Source: Dehalococcoidia bacterium (GTDB lineage Bacteria; Chloroflexota; Dehalococcoidia; UBA6926). From it: a stretch of DNA of 64,000 bases. The notes beneath the pieces are model-generated. The model saw only the letters and a program-made list of their open reading frames with translations. It searched no databases and had not been told where the DNA came from. A program made the position numbers and the translations under genes. The stretch covers positions 1,514,053-1,578,052 of the forward strand of contig OZ242019.1 in assembly GCA_965204885.1 (NCBI GenBank). Direction: 5' to 3'. Of this stretch, positions 10,009-19,320 are shown one piece after another; positions within the stretch are counted from its first letter, which is position 1; every line of letters starts with the position of its first letter.

Positions 10009-10887
10009 CTACCCCCGCGCCGCTGCCACCATCTCTGCGATTACGGGTAGGTCCTCCGCCCGCCGGTACGCAATCATCAACTCATCCACGCCGAACGACT
10101 CCATCCGCTGCAGGTGATCCCGCAGGCTTGCCGCGTCTGTGAAAACCAGCTCGGCTGCCAACTCCTCATAGCTCGCCGTGTTTGGTTCCCGTCCGCAGAG
10201 CTGCTGCAAGTTGAAGTTGCGGCCGAAATTCGTCACCCACCACTCGCGCACCTCTTCAGGCTCCACGTAGCCGAGCGTTGTCGTGACTTCAAAGTTGGGG
10301 GTTTTTGCCGCTTTTTTCGCCTCCTGCGCAGTGCCAAGCAGGGTCGGGTTGCTCGTGTAGAGATGAACGCCGTCCGCCGTATCGCGGGAAATATCGAGCC
10401 AATAGCGACTCATGGACGCGATGGCGATAGAAATGTGCTCTTGGACCGGCTGCACGCGCTGCGAGACCTCTCTGAACGTGAACGCCGTCCCCTCCATGCT
10501 GACCGTCTCGCCTGCAAGAAGGCCGTTAATGATCGTGATTGCCTCCGTTACGGCCTCGTCCGGTCGATCGGCGTCGATGCTCGCGATGTATGGCCGCGAA
10601 CCCCGGCCAATCGAGAGATCGACCCGTCCCCCGGAAAGCTGATCAAGCGTTGCAGCCCCGTGCGCGATGACGGCGGGATTCCGATGATACGGCGCCATGA
10701 CTCCGATGCCGATTCTGGGTGCGGTTGTATAGGCTGCCGCCAGCGCCGCCGTTGTCCAGACTTCCCACTGCGAAAATGCCGCGTCCGGAACCCATATCCG
10801 CTCAAAGCCATAGGAATCGTAGTCCTTGATGTAATTCACCAGGTCTGTGACGGGTGTTCGGACGGCAAGTTCAACACCGATGCGCAT
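10009..10887 (-). CDS. Luciferase-like monooxygenase (LLM) family flavin/F420-dependent oxidoreductase
   Basis: 'MRIGVELAV...' start and a TIM-barrel LLM-like sequence. The ATG at 10885-10887 is preceded by GAGG at 9-nt spacing. The ORF-track N-terminal extension to 11037 would overlap the divergent mscS. Confidence 0.65.
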   Translation of the reverse strand: MRIGVELAVRTPVTDLVNYIKDYDSYGFERIWVPDAAFSQWEVWTTAALAAAYTTAPRIGIGVMAPYHRNPAVIAHGAATLDQLSGGRVDLSIGRGSRPYIASIDADRPDEAVTEAITIINGLLAGETVSMEGTAFTFREVSQRVQPVQEHISIAIASMSRYWLDISRDTADGVHLYTSNPTLLGTAQEAKKAAKTPNFEVTTTLGYVEPEEVREWWVTNFGRNFNLQQLCGREPNTASYEELAAELVFTDAASLRDHLQRMESFGVDELMIAYRRAEDLPVIAEMVAAARG

Positions 10888-11007
10888 ATGCGTGAACCTC
10901 ATTTCTTGGAGATCTCTGATTAGCCTGTGCCCTGTACATTGGGGCGTCAAGCATAGGGCGTCTATGATTAAGGCGAGTAGTTTCGCGTAGCAGGAGGAAA
11001 TGCGCGG

Positions 11008-12252
11008 GTGATTGAGGATATTCTGTCCGACTTTCAAACGATCATAGAAGACCCCGGACCGTTCTTGCAGTTCATGATTGTGTGGGGCGGCGGGGCGCTG
11101 ACATTGATGCTAGCCGTTTGGTTGGTGTTGCCGCCGCTCATCCGCGGCTTCCTGCGGTCGTTGGATCGGGTCTTCCCGGGCGGGTTCGAGTGGTTGCAGG
11201 CAGACCTAAGTTCGATAGTGGTACGGATCGCATGGCTCCTCATCGTGATTGCCACAATCGAAATAGCCGCGTCGTTCGCACTCGGCTATTCGTCACTCGC
11301 AAGGGGATCGATGTCCGCGGCGGGGCAGTGGGTTCTGGAATCGGCCCTCGAAAATGCGCTTCCGGTCGTTCTCATCGTCATCGGCGGTGTCATTGCCATG
11401 CGCATCGTTACCTTCAGCGTTCCCCGCCTCGTTGAATCCAATATCCGTGCCCGTGCCAACGTCACCCTTGAAGAAGAAATCCAGAAGAATATTCACACCC
11501 TCTCGGACGTTGTCGTCGATACGTCCCGTGCGGTCATCGTGCTTTTGACCATCTTTCTTGCACTCAGCCAGATTGGCGTCGACCTCGCGCCGCTCCTTGT
11601 CGCCGCGGGCGCAATCGCCGTCGGTGTCGGCTTTGCCGTCCAGAACCTCATCCGGGATGTTCTCGGCGGCATCTTTATCACGCTTGAAAATCAATATCGC
11701 GTCGGTGATGTCGTCAGCATCGCCGGCATTGCCGGACTGGTTGAAGACATCAATCTCCGCCGTACACTCCTTCGCGACCTCGACTACCGGCAGCACACCA
11801 TCCCCAACGGGCAAATCACCACCACGACTAACTACACGAAGGACATGTCGCGTGTGAACATGAACATTGGCGTCGCCTACAAGACAGACATTGAGCATGC
11901 CTTTGCAGTGCTGAACCGGATAGGGCAGGAGATGGCCGACGAAGAGGAATGGGGGCCGATAATCCTTGACCCAATCAAGGCGCTGCGCGTCGATAACTTC
12001 GGTGACTCTGCCATCGAGATCAAGGTGCTCGGCGAGGTTCTCCCCATCCGCCAGTGGGATGTTTCCGGCGAATATCGCCTTCGGGTGAAAAAGGCCTTCG
12101 ATGAAGAGGGGATCGAGATACCCTTCCCACACCGCACGCTCTACATGGGCGATGCCTCCCCGGAAACCATCGGCCTGCAGGGCGCCATCATGGAGGCTCA
12201 GCAGGGTGCGACACGCGCGGCTCCTCCGGAGAGCAATGCCTCGGACTCGTAG
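11008..12252 (+). CDS. Mechanosensitive ion channel, MscS family
   Basis: N-terminal TM helices; conserved MscS core 'GGIFITLENQYRVGDVVSIAGIAGLVEDINLRRTLLRD...TIPNG'. GTG start with AGGAGG at 10993-10998. Confidence 0.85.
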   Translation: MIEDILSDFQTIIEDPGPFLQFMIVWGGGALTLMLAVWLVLPPLIRGFLRSLDRVFPGGFEWLQADLSSIVVRIAWLLIVIATIEIAASFALGYSSLARGSMSAAGQWVLESALENALPVVLIVIGGVIAMRIVTFSVPRLVESNIRARANVTLEEEIQKNIHTLSDVVVDTSRAVIVLLTIFLALSQIGVDLAPLLVAAGAIAVGVGFAVQNLIRDVLGGIFITLENQYRVGDVVSIAGIAGLVEDINLRRTLLRDLDYRQHTIPNGQITTTTNYTKDMSRVNMNIGVAYKTDIEHAFAVLNRIGQEMADEEEWGPIILDPIKALRVDNFGDSAIEIKVLGEVLPIRQWDVSGEYRLRVKKAFDEEGIEIPFPHRTLYMGDASPETIGLQGAIMEAQQGATRAAPPESNASDS

Positions 12253-12286
12253 TGCCTTCCAGAGGGACAGACACAGAATCAAGCGC

Positions 12287-13084
12287 ATGGCAGAACCCCT
12301 GTTTAATCACCGGTCGGACATAGAAGCCCGTATTCGGGCCGTCGACCACGTCTTGATTGCATGCGACTTTGACGGAACCCTGTCTCCCATCGTCCCCCGC
12401 CCAGAGGACGCATACATTCTTCCGGAATGCGCGGATGCCCTCCGGCAGCTGACCGAACAGCCCGGATATGTAGTTGCGATCGTGAGTGGGCGTGCGCTTG
12501 AGGATGTTCGAGAGCGTGCTGGTCTCCCAAATGCCATCTATTCCGGAAATCACGGCATCGAGATTGCCGCGCCCGGTCTGGCCTTTGAGGATGATGCCGC
12601 GGAAGCAGCCCGTCTTTTAATGACGGATCTGCGCCGAGCCCTCGAACCTGCCGTCAGCCAGATCAGCGGCGCTTTCGTCGAAGACAAGGGCGTGAGCCTC
12701 AGCGTCCATTCCCGTATGACTCCCGAAGAGTTGGAACCGCAAGTGCGGGAGATTGTCCATAACGCGACGGCGGACGCAGTCGCCGACGGTAAAATCGTCG
12801 TCGTGCAGGGCAAGAAAGTCCTGGATATCCGTCCCGCCGCCGCTCGTGACAAAGGCGCGGCGTTGCGATTCATCATGGACGCGCTCCTGCGAATGTCAGA
12901 AACTCAGATCTTTCCTATCTACATCGGAGATGACACAACGGACGAAGACGCTTTTCGGGAAGTCAATCTCTCGGGTGGACTCTCGATTCTTGTTGGCGAA
13001 CCTGACCGCGATACCGTTGCAGCGTACCGACTGGATTCTCCCGCCGACGTTGCCGGATTCCTGAACGGTTTGGTGGACACTTAA
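12287..13084 (+). CDS. otsB: Trehalose-6-phosphate phosphatase
   Basis: HAD motif I 'LIACDFDGTLSPIV'; C-terminal 'IYIGDDTTDEDAF'. The ATG at 12287 avoids overlap with mscS. Confidence 0.8.
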   Translation: MAEPLFNHRSDIEARIRAVDHVLIACDFDGTLSPIVPRPEDAYILPECADALRQLTEQPGYVVAIVSGRALEDVRERAGLPNAIYSGNHGIEIAAPGLAFEDDAAEAARLLMTDLRRALEPAVSQISGAFVEDKGVSLSVHSRMTPEELEPQVREIVHNATADAVADGKIVVVQGKKVLDIRPAAARDKGAALRFIMDALLRMSETQIFPIYIGDDTTDEDAFREVNLSGGLSILVGEPDRDTVAAYRLDSPADVAGFLNGLVDT

Positions 13085-13151
13085 ACGCGCGTCGCGTTCA
13101 GTGATTCGCTATGATGACTTTCATGGTGAGGGTAAGGGTCAGGATTGGGCT

Positions 13152-13607
13152 ATGAACGCATCAGAAATCATGTCAAGTCGTGTGTATACCATTCGGGCCG
13201 AGGCAACGGTAGTCGATGCCGCCAATGTCATGCTGGATCACAACATTAGCGCGCTGCCTGTGGTGAATGACCGCGATAACCTCGTTGGCATCATGAGCCA
13301 CTCAGACTTCTTCCTGACGCCTATCCGTGATCCCGGGATGCAGGGAACGGTTTTCGAGCTTTTTGGCCACGTTTTCGTCAATAAGGACAACATAGGCAAT
13401 CTGCATTCCGTCCTCTCCAGAACCCTCGTCTCGGATGTGATGTCCACGCCCGTCGTGACCGTCAAGGAAGATACGCCGGTCGAGGAGATCGTTCGCATCA
13501 TGCACCAACAGCGGCTCAAGCGGCTCCCGGTCGTCCGTGATAACAAACTCGTCGGCATCATTACGCGCCACGACTTTGTTCGCCTGGCTGCGACAATCGT
13601 GCCGTAG
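13152..13607 (+). CDS. CBS-domain pair protein
   Basis: Two CBS repeats ('...ISALPVVNDRDNLVGIMS...' and '...LKRLPVVRDNKLVGIIT...'). Alternative ATG starts at 13101 or 13110. Confidence 0.7.
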   Translation: MNASEIMSSRVYTIRAEATVVDAANVMLDHNISALPVVNDRDNLVGIMSHSDFFLTPIRDPGMQGTVFELFGHVFVNKDNIGNLHSVLSRTLVSDVMSTPVVTVKEDTPVEEIVRIMHQQRLKRLPVVRDNKLVGIITRHDFVRLAATIVP

Positions 13608-13709
13608 CTCTCAGTGAATGTCGCCTACCCCGTGCCTCGCGTTTAGGCGGGAACGAGTGCGCCGGGTTTTATGGCGATAACCTGAGCAGATCCAAACATA
13701 GGAGGAGAA

Positions 13710-15254
13710 ATGGCTACCACCATTACGCGCGGCAAGTACGTCCTCGTCCGAGCCGATCTGGCAGGTGATAGCGCAATCCTGGCTGATGGCGCCGTAGCCC
13801 AGAACGACGGTCAGATTGTCGCAGTCGGCACATATGACGACCTGCGCACGCAATTCCCGGACGCCGAAGTTGTTGGCAATGGCCGCCAATTCTTGATGCC
13901 CGGCATGGTCAATGCCCACCACCACGGCCGCGGCCTGTCCGGTCTCCTCCTCGGCCAACCGGACGGCGGACTGGAAACGTGGATCAACCACGCGTGGGGA
14001 CGCCGCGCTGTTGAGCCGTACAACATGATGTTGATTACGTTGTTGAACCTGATCAGGTCCGGCATCACCACGGTCATGTTCAACCAATCGGCCACAGCAC
14101 GCCGCATGGTCTGGGACGAGGCACAGGCCAACCTCCGCGCCTTTGATCAGGCCGGTGTCCGAACGGCCTTCTCACTCGCGTTCAAGAACCAGTGCTACCT
14201 CGTCTACGGCAACGATGACGATGTGCTGAATAAGATGCCGGATGACCTTGCAAGCGGCGTGCGCGGTGTAATCGAAGGCTCCATCGTCTCCAACGACGAC
14301 TATTTCGCTATGACGGCGGATCTGATCCGCGACTACCCTGTCGATTCAACCAACATGGTTCGCGTCCTCTACAGCCCGCAGAGCTATCACTGGGCGGACG
14401 AAGATACCTTGGCCCACATCGCGGAACTGGCCCACGCTGCGGATGTCGGCATCCACACCCATTGCGTTGAGAGCTACTACCAGCGGCTGTACGCCGAGCG
14501 CCTGCACGGACAGGGACAGACTCCAACACGCCGCCTCTATGAGCTCGGTTTTCTGGGCCCCAAGACCTCCTTCGCCCATGGCGTCTGGCTGACAGAGGAC
14601 GACATGGCCCTGATGGTTGAAACAGGCACCAGCGTCAGCCACAACCCAAGCTCCAATCTGCGTCTCCGCAGCGGCATCGCCCCCGTTCTTGAGATGCATA
14701 GGCAGGGCGTCCACGTCGCGCTCGGCACGGACAGCACATCCATCAACGATGATGACGACCATTTCCAGGAAATGGCGCTTGCAATGCGTCTGCACCGTCC
14801 GCCGGGTCTGGACGTTCCTCACCTCACATCCCACCAGGTTCTGCATATGGCCACGCTCGGCGGCGCATATGAGACCACGTTCGGCGAGGACATGATTGGC
14901 TCCCTTGAAGTCGGTAAACGTGCCGACATGGTCCTGCTGGACTGGGATCGCATCTCCACCCCGTACGTCGCCGAAAACCTTGATGTGTTGGACGTGCTTG
15001 TGTCACGCGCCCGCGCTGAGGACGTCGAAACCGTTATCGTCGAGGGCAAGACCATCTTCGAAGACAAGCAATTCAAGACCATCGACGCTGCTGCGGTTGT
15101 ACAGGCCGTCCGTGAAGAGTTGAGTACTCCCGAACCGGAGGACCTAACCCACCGCCGCGACCTCGCCGCCCGCCTCGAACCCTTCCTCCGCGACTACTAC
15201 GCAGGCTGGAACGTCCCAGAACAGCCCATGTACCACTACCAGAGCCTGGGGTGA
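13710..15254 (+). CDS. Amidohydrolase-superfamily protein (chlorohydrolase/deaminase-like)
   Basis: Metal-binding 'MPGMVNAHHHG' motif, later 'HTHCVES' and 'LGTDS' blocks. RBS AGGAGG before the ATG. Confidence 0.8.
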   Translation: MATTITRGKYVLVRADLAGDSAILADGAVAQNDGQIVAVGTYDDLRTQFPDAEVVGNGRQFLMPGMVNAHHHGRGLSGLLLGQPDGGLETWINHAWGRRAVEPYNMMLITLLNLIRSGITTVMFNQSATARRMVWDEAQANLRAFDQAGVRTAFSLAFKNQCYLVYGNDDDVLNKMPDDLASGVRGVIEGSIVSNDDYFAMTADLIRDYPVDSTNMVRVLYSPQSYHWADEDTLAHIAELAHAADVGIHTHCVESYYQRLYAERLHGQGQTPTRRLYELGFLGPKTSFAHGVWLTEDDMALMVETGTSVSHNPSSNLRLRSGIAPVLEMHRQGVHVALGTDSTSINDDDDHFQEMALAMRLHRPPGLDVPHLTSHQVLHMATLGGAYETTFGEDMIGSLEVGKRADMVLLDWDRISTPYVAENLDVLDVLVSRARAEDVETVIVEGKTIFEDKQFKTIDAAAVVQAVREELSTPEPEDLTHRRDLAARLEPFLRDYYAGWNVPEQPMYHYQSLG

Positions 15255-15337
15255 ATATCGACCAGGGCAGAGAAATCGGATAGACCCCGGAATCACCAAC
15301 TGCAATCATGTCCCTGTAGTCATCAGAGAGAGGCAGT

Positions 15338-16435
15338 ATGGGTAGGGACATGACAGCAACAGCCGAACGAAACACCCAATCGGACGCGCTCGCGGACGAA
15401 CGCTGGCAGGCCATTCAAAACCACGACCCTGCCTACGAAACCACGTTCACCTTTGGCGTCAAGACCACCGGAGTCTACTGCCGAACGACATGCCGTGGCG
15501 CGCCCGTCCTCCGCAAGAACATCGAGTTCTTTGATGCGATAGCCGATGCTCGCGCCGCCGGGTACCGCGCCTGTATGCGCTGCCGACCTGACGAGGGCGG
15601 GCCGTATACTCGCGCCGTCACTGTCGTTACTCAAGCCTGTGAACTAATCGATGCCAGCCCCGATGAATTGCTGACGGTCGCTGCTCTGGCGAGGCATGCC
15701 GGTGTCACGGATCACGCTCTCCGGCACTCCTTTGGAATGGTGCTCGGCATCACCCCACGCCAATACGCGGAGCAGCGCCGGATTGAACGATTCAAGGATG
15801 GCGTGCGCAACGGGCACGACGTCACATCGGCGCTCTACAACAGCGGATTCGGCTCGCCCAGCAGACTCTATGAATCCTCAGACGCGCATCTTGGCATGAC
15901 GCCCGGCCAGTACAGGCAAGGCGGCGTCGGTGCGCGGATCACCTACACGATTGCTGATAGCGCCTTAGGACGGCTGTTGGTCGCGGCGACTCAGAAAGGC
16001 GTCTGTCGTATATCTCTTGCAGACGACGATGAATCGCTGGAAGCTGCCCTCAGGAAAGAGTTTCCGCAGGCGGAGCAATCCAGAGACTTCGGCCCGCTGA
16101 GCGAGTGGGTGGAAATCGTAACCCGCATTGTGGATGGCGGGTCGCCGAACAGCGACGTCCAACTTCCGCTGGATGTGCGCGGCACTGCGTTCCAGCGTCG
16201 CGTTTGGGAGGCTCTTAGACAGATTCCCCGGGGCGAAACCCGCACATACTCAGAGGTCGCACAGGAAATCGGCCAACCGAGCGCAACACGCGCTGTCGCC
16301 AACGCCTGCGCCAAGAACCCGATGCCTATCGTCGTCCCTTGCCACCGCGTCGTGCGAACTGACGGCGGTCTCGGCGGCTACGCCCTCGGCGTCGAACGCA
16401 AAAGAAAGCTACTGAGGCAAGAAGCGGCGGAGTAG
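15338..16435 (+). CDS. ada: Bifunctional Ada-like regulator: Ada zinc-binding domain + AraC-type HTH + O6-methylguanine-DNA methyltransferase
   Basis: N-terminal Cys cluster 'CRTTCRGAP...CMRCRPD'; C-terminal MGMT active site 'PCHRVV' preceded by the 'IPRGETRTYSEVA' helix. Confidence 0.85.
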   Translation: MGRDMTATAERNTQSDALADERWQAIQNHDPAYETTFTFGVKTTGVYCRTTCRGAPVLRKNIEFFDAIADARAAGYRACMRCRPDEGGPYTRAVTVVTQACELIDASPDELLTVAALARHAGVTDHALRHSFGMVLGITPRQYAEQRRIERFKDGVRNGHDVTSALYNSGFGSPSRLYESSDAHLGMTPGQYRQGGVGARITYTIADSALGRLLVAATQKGVCRISLADDDESLEAALRKEFPQAEQSRDFGPLSEWVEIVTRIVDGGSPNSDVQLPLDVRGTAFQRRVWEALRQIPRGETRTYSEVAQEIGQPSATRAVANACAKNPMPIVVPCHRVVRTDGGLGGYALGVERKRKLLRQEAAE

Positions 16436-16443
16436 GGGGTAGC

Positions 16444-16986
16444 CTAGTTGCGCCTGATGACCCCGCACGCTACCCGGTCGCCGGCCCCGGGATCCGCTCC
16501 GTACGAGTCGGGCCTTTCGTGGACGATGATGGCCGAGCCGTCGTCATCAAAGAGCGAGGTATCCGTCCCCTCCGCCAATGTGATAGCCGTGTGAAAATAA
16601 TCGGCCCGCGCTGTGCCGTCCGCCCCTGCGTAGATGTTGGGCATGTCACCGGCATGCTGCCCCTCGGCGTGCATAAACCCGTGTCCGATGTCCTCGGGAT
16701 TGAAATGACCGCTCGCAGCTGTAAAGTCTGGTTGGCATGCGCCGACTGCGTGGATGTGGAATCCATGAAAGCCTGGAGTCAGGCCGCGTACGTCCGCAGA
16801 TACCAGAACTCCGTTTGGCCCTTGGGTAAAGCTGACGGTCCCCATATCCGCGCCGTCCGGCCCTGCCAATTTAGCGCTGGCTGTTGAGCCTATTCCTTCA
16901 GGCTCATCCTGTTGGCAGCCGGCAAGAGCCACGAGGAACAGGGCCAGCACGATCAGGGCTGCAATGAACCTTGGCATCGAATGCAA
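16444..16986 (-). CDS. sodC: Cu/Zn superoxide dismutase, lipoprotein
   Basis: Signal peptide with lipobox 'LAGC'; 'GFHGFHIHAVGAC'; Cu/Zn His ligands; 'GADPGAGDRVACGVI'. Confidence 0.85.
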   Translation of the reverse strand: MHSMPRFIAALIVLALFLVALAGCQQDEPEGIGSTASAKLAGPDGADMGTVSFTQGPNGVLVSADVRGLTPGFHGFHIHAVGACQPDFTAASGHFNPEDIGHGFMHAEGQHAGDMPNIYAGADGTARADYFHTAITLAEGTDTSLFDDDGSAIIVHERPDSYGADPGAGDRVACGVIRRN

Positions 16987-17031
16987 TCCTCCTGACGGAT
17001 ATGCTGGGCCGCTGGGCCTATGTCCTCTATC

Positions 17032-18294
17032 TTATCGCGGTTGTCCCCGCAGCTCTGGCAGCATAAGCCGCAGCGCCATCACCACCACGAACCCCGTGCC
17101 TGTCAACACCGCCAACGCCATCTGAGGCCCTAGGTTCTCCGGCTCCGCCATCCACCCCACCGTCAGCATCCCCAGCGGACTTGCGCCGATACCCAGGGCG
17201 ATGGCGCCCATCGCGCGTCCCCGCATCTCTGGGCTCACCGCCCGCAACGCAATCGTCGGCTGCATCGTGGCAAAGCCGGCCATGCCCAGACCCGCCACCA
17301 TCAGCAGAGCAAGTGAAACCGTGTACCACTCTGAAAGAGCGAAGAGCACCATGATCCCCAACATGAATGCCGAGCCCAGTGAATACACCTGCCCATGGTT
17401 GCGTATCTGCCGCGATGCGATGATGATCGCCCCCGTCAACGATCCCACGCCGGCTGCGCCTGCCAATATCCCGTACAGAAAGGCGTTTGCGCCCAGCACA
17501 TCCCGCCCGATTACGGGCACCATCGTCAAGAAGGGAAACCCAAAGAAGTTGAGGCTCACCGTGATCGTTAGGGCGGCCACAAGAGCCCTGTTGGTGACCA
17601 GCACTGTCACCGACTCCTTCAACTGGCGCAGCACGGGCGTCTTTTCCTCGCCCATCGACTCGGTCTTTGGAATCGTGAACAACACCCAACCCGCTGCCAG
17701 GTATAGTCCAAACATCAGCCCATACGAGCCTGAGAAGTCGACCAGTTCGATGATCGTTCCTGCAAATAAAGGCCCGACGATGCTGCTTCCCGTGAGGGCA
17801 ACGACATCCAGTGAAATGGCATTGGTCAGCGCGTCCCCACGAAAGATCTCCGCGAAATAGGCGCGCCGTGCTGAAAAATCCACTGCCCACGCCGAGCCGG
17901 TGAGAAACGTCGCGAGATATGCATGCCACGGCTCCACGTCCCCGCGAACCAGCACCGCTAGCATCCCGCCAACCACGACCACATTGACGATCTGCGTTGA
18001 GATCATCACGTACTTGCGCGGAAAGCGGTCCGACACACTGCCCGCCACAAGACCGAGCAGAAACATCGGGGCCATACGGAAAACGCCGACGAGCGCCACC
18101 TGTGACGGCGAGTCTGTCAATTCGAGCACAAGCCAGGACAGGACCGCCATCTCCATCATGCGGTTCACATACCACACCCACCCCGCCATCCAAAGGCGGC
18201 GGAAGACAGGGTTGCGGAGCGATCGGAACGTGCGGAAACGCGTAGTTACTTCGGTCTCGTCCTCAGCTATCGAGTATGGCGGGGTGCTGCTCAA
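17032..18294 (-). CDS. MFS transporter
   Basis: 420 aa, about 12 predicted TM segments, MFS-like loop 'GSVSDRFPRK'. Confidence 0.8.
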   Translation of the reverse strand: MSSTPPYSIAEDETEVTTRFRTFRSLRNPVFRRLWMAGWVWYVNRMMEMAVLSWLVLELTDSPSQVALVGVFRMAPMFLLGLVAGSVSDRFPRKYVMISTQIVNVVVVGGMLAVLVRGDVEPWHAYLATFLTGSAWAVDFSARRAYFAEIFRGDALTNAISLDVVALTGSSIVGPLFAGTIIELVDFSGSYGLMFGLYLAAGWVLFTIPKTESMGEEKTPVLRQLKESVTVLVTNRALVAALTITVSLNFFGFPFLTMVPVIGRDVLGANAFLYGILAGAAGVGSLTGAIIIASRQIRNHGQVYSLGSAFMLGIMVLFALSEWYTVSLALLMVAGLGMAGFATMQPTIALRAVSPEMRGRAMGAIALGIGASPLGMLTVGWMAEPENLGPQMALAVLTGTGFVVVMALRLMLPELRGQPR

Positions 18295-19091
18295 GCGCTG
18301 CAGCTCTTGAGGAACTCGTCAAGCTCTTGGTTGTACTGCTCAGGGCGCGCTGCGCGCATGCCGTGTCCCACGTCCGGCCACAGGCGGAAGTCCAGGTCAG
18401 GCGTGGCGATGCTGCGGTAGTACTCAAGCTCCTCCGGCATCATGTAACCTCCCGCAGCGATGTCCGCGACCAGCACGAGTGTCGGGACTGAGATGCGCCG
18501 CATGTGGTCCTCGCAGCGGAACGCCCACTGCCGGTTGTCCGTCAGCAGCCGTGTAACGGCGTGCGGGGAAAAGTGGTGGTGTCGATAGACCAGCTCATCT
18601 GCTTCCTGCTCGGACATACCCTGCTCTTTTGCCTCAGCCCGAATCTCGGCTTCCGGCCTGTTGTGGCGGGCAAGCGCCTGCTGAAGGCTTGTCACGTGCA
18701 CGTTCACCATCTTCCAGTAAACAGGGTCCTCGAGGAACGCGCAGCAGATCTTATCCGCGAAGTCGGACGCCATGATGGTGCCAATGTTGCCGCCCCACGA
18801 GTGCCCTACATATGCGGGCTTTTCAAGGCCGAGCGTGTCGATCAGTTCAGCGATGTCCGTCGCGAAATCGCGCAGCATGTAGCCCGTCACGGGCTTGTCC
18901 GTCTGCCCGTGGCCGCGGTTGTCTGGAGCGATGATGTGATACCTGTCCTCGAACGCCTCGGCCACCGCTTGCCAGGACGACGCCAACCCCGTCCATCCGT
19001 GCACAAGGAGCAGGTCGGGATTCGAGGGGTCGCCCCATTCGAGATAGTGCATATTGAGGCCCTGGATATCGACGAACTTGCTCTCCGGCAT
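18291..19091 (-). CDS. Alpha/beta-fold hydrolase
   Basis: 'LLLVHGW' oxyanion region and nucleophile elbow 'GHSWGG'. Its stop overlaps the upstream MFS start by 4 nt. Confidence 0.8.
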   Translation of the reverse strand: MPESKFVDIQGLNMHYLEWGDPSNPDLLLVHGWTGLASSWQAVAEAFEDRYHIIAPDNRGHGQTDKPVTGYMLRDFATDIAELIDTLGLEKPAYVGHSWGGNIGTIMASDFADKICCAFLEDPVYWKMVNVHVTSLQQALARHNRPEAEIRAEAKEQGMSEQEADELVYRHHHFSPHAVTRLLTDNRQWAFRCEDHMRRISVPTLVLVADIAAGGYMMPEELEYYRSIATPDLDFRLWPDVGHGMRAARPEQYNQELDEFLKSCSA

Positions 19092-19214
19092 GGTGTTTCC
19101 CCCGTCACGCGCGGCGTCGTCGCCGCGTCTGCGTCCTGTTCAGAGCAAAAGTGTAGCACGCCATTCCTCCACAACCGTCCATCCTGAGCTTGTCGAAGAA
19201 CTCCGCCTCCGTAT

Positions 19215-19243
19215 TTGACCAGTTACAGGCTGACGGCTAGGGT
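19215..19243 (+). promoter_or_regulatory. Candidate sigma70-type promoter for otsA (TTGACC-17 nt-TAGGGT)
   Basis: Hexamer spacing read directly from the sequence. The -10 element is weak. Located about 80 nt upstream of the otsA ATG. Confidence 0.25.
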
Positions 19244-19320
19244 TAACGCACGTCGCGAGACTCTTTTTATACCGTGCAGCCGTTAGTTGAGATTGCCGGG
19301 TGGGGCTAGGGGGCAAGGCG

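Noticed and set aside
10114-12288. Long antisense ORFs (10114-10923 plus strand; 11293-12288 minus strand)
   Set aside because: They lie opposite the LLM oxidoreductase and MscS genes, which have strong family motifs. Their composition is typical of high-GC shadow ORFs.
17027-18193. 388-aa alternative-frame ORF overlapping the MFS transporter on the same strand
   Set aside because: It is Gly/Arg/Asp-rich and low-complexity. The MFS frame, by contrast, gives 12 clean TM helices.
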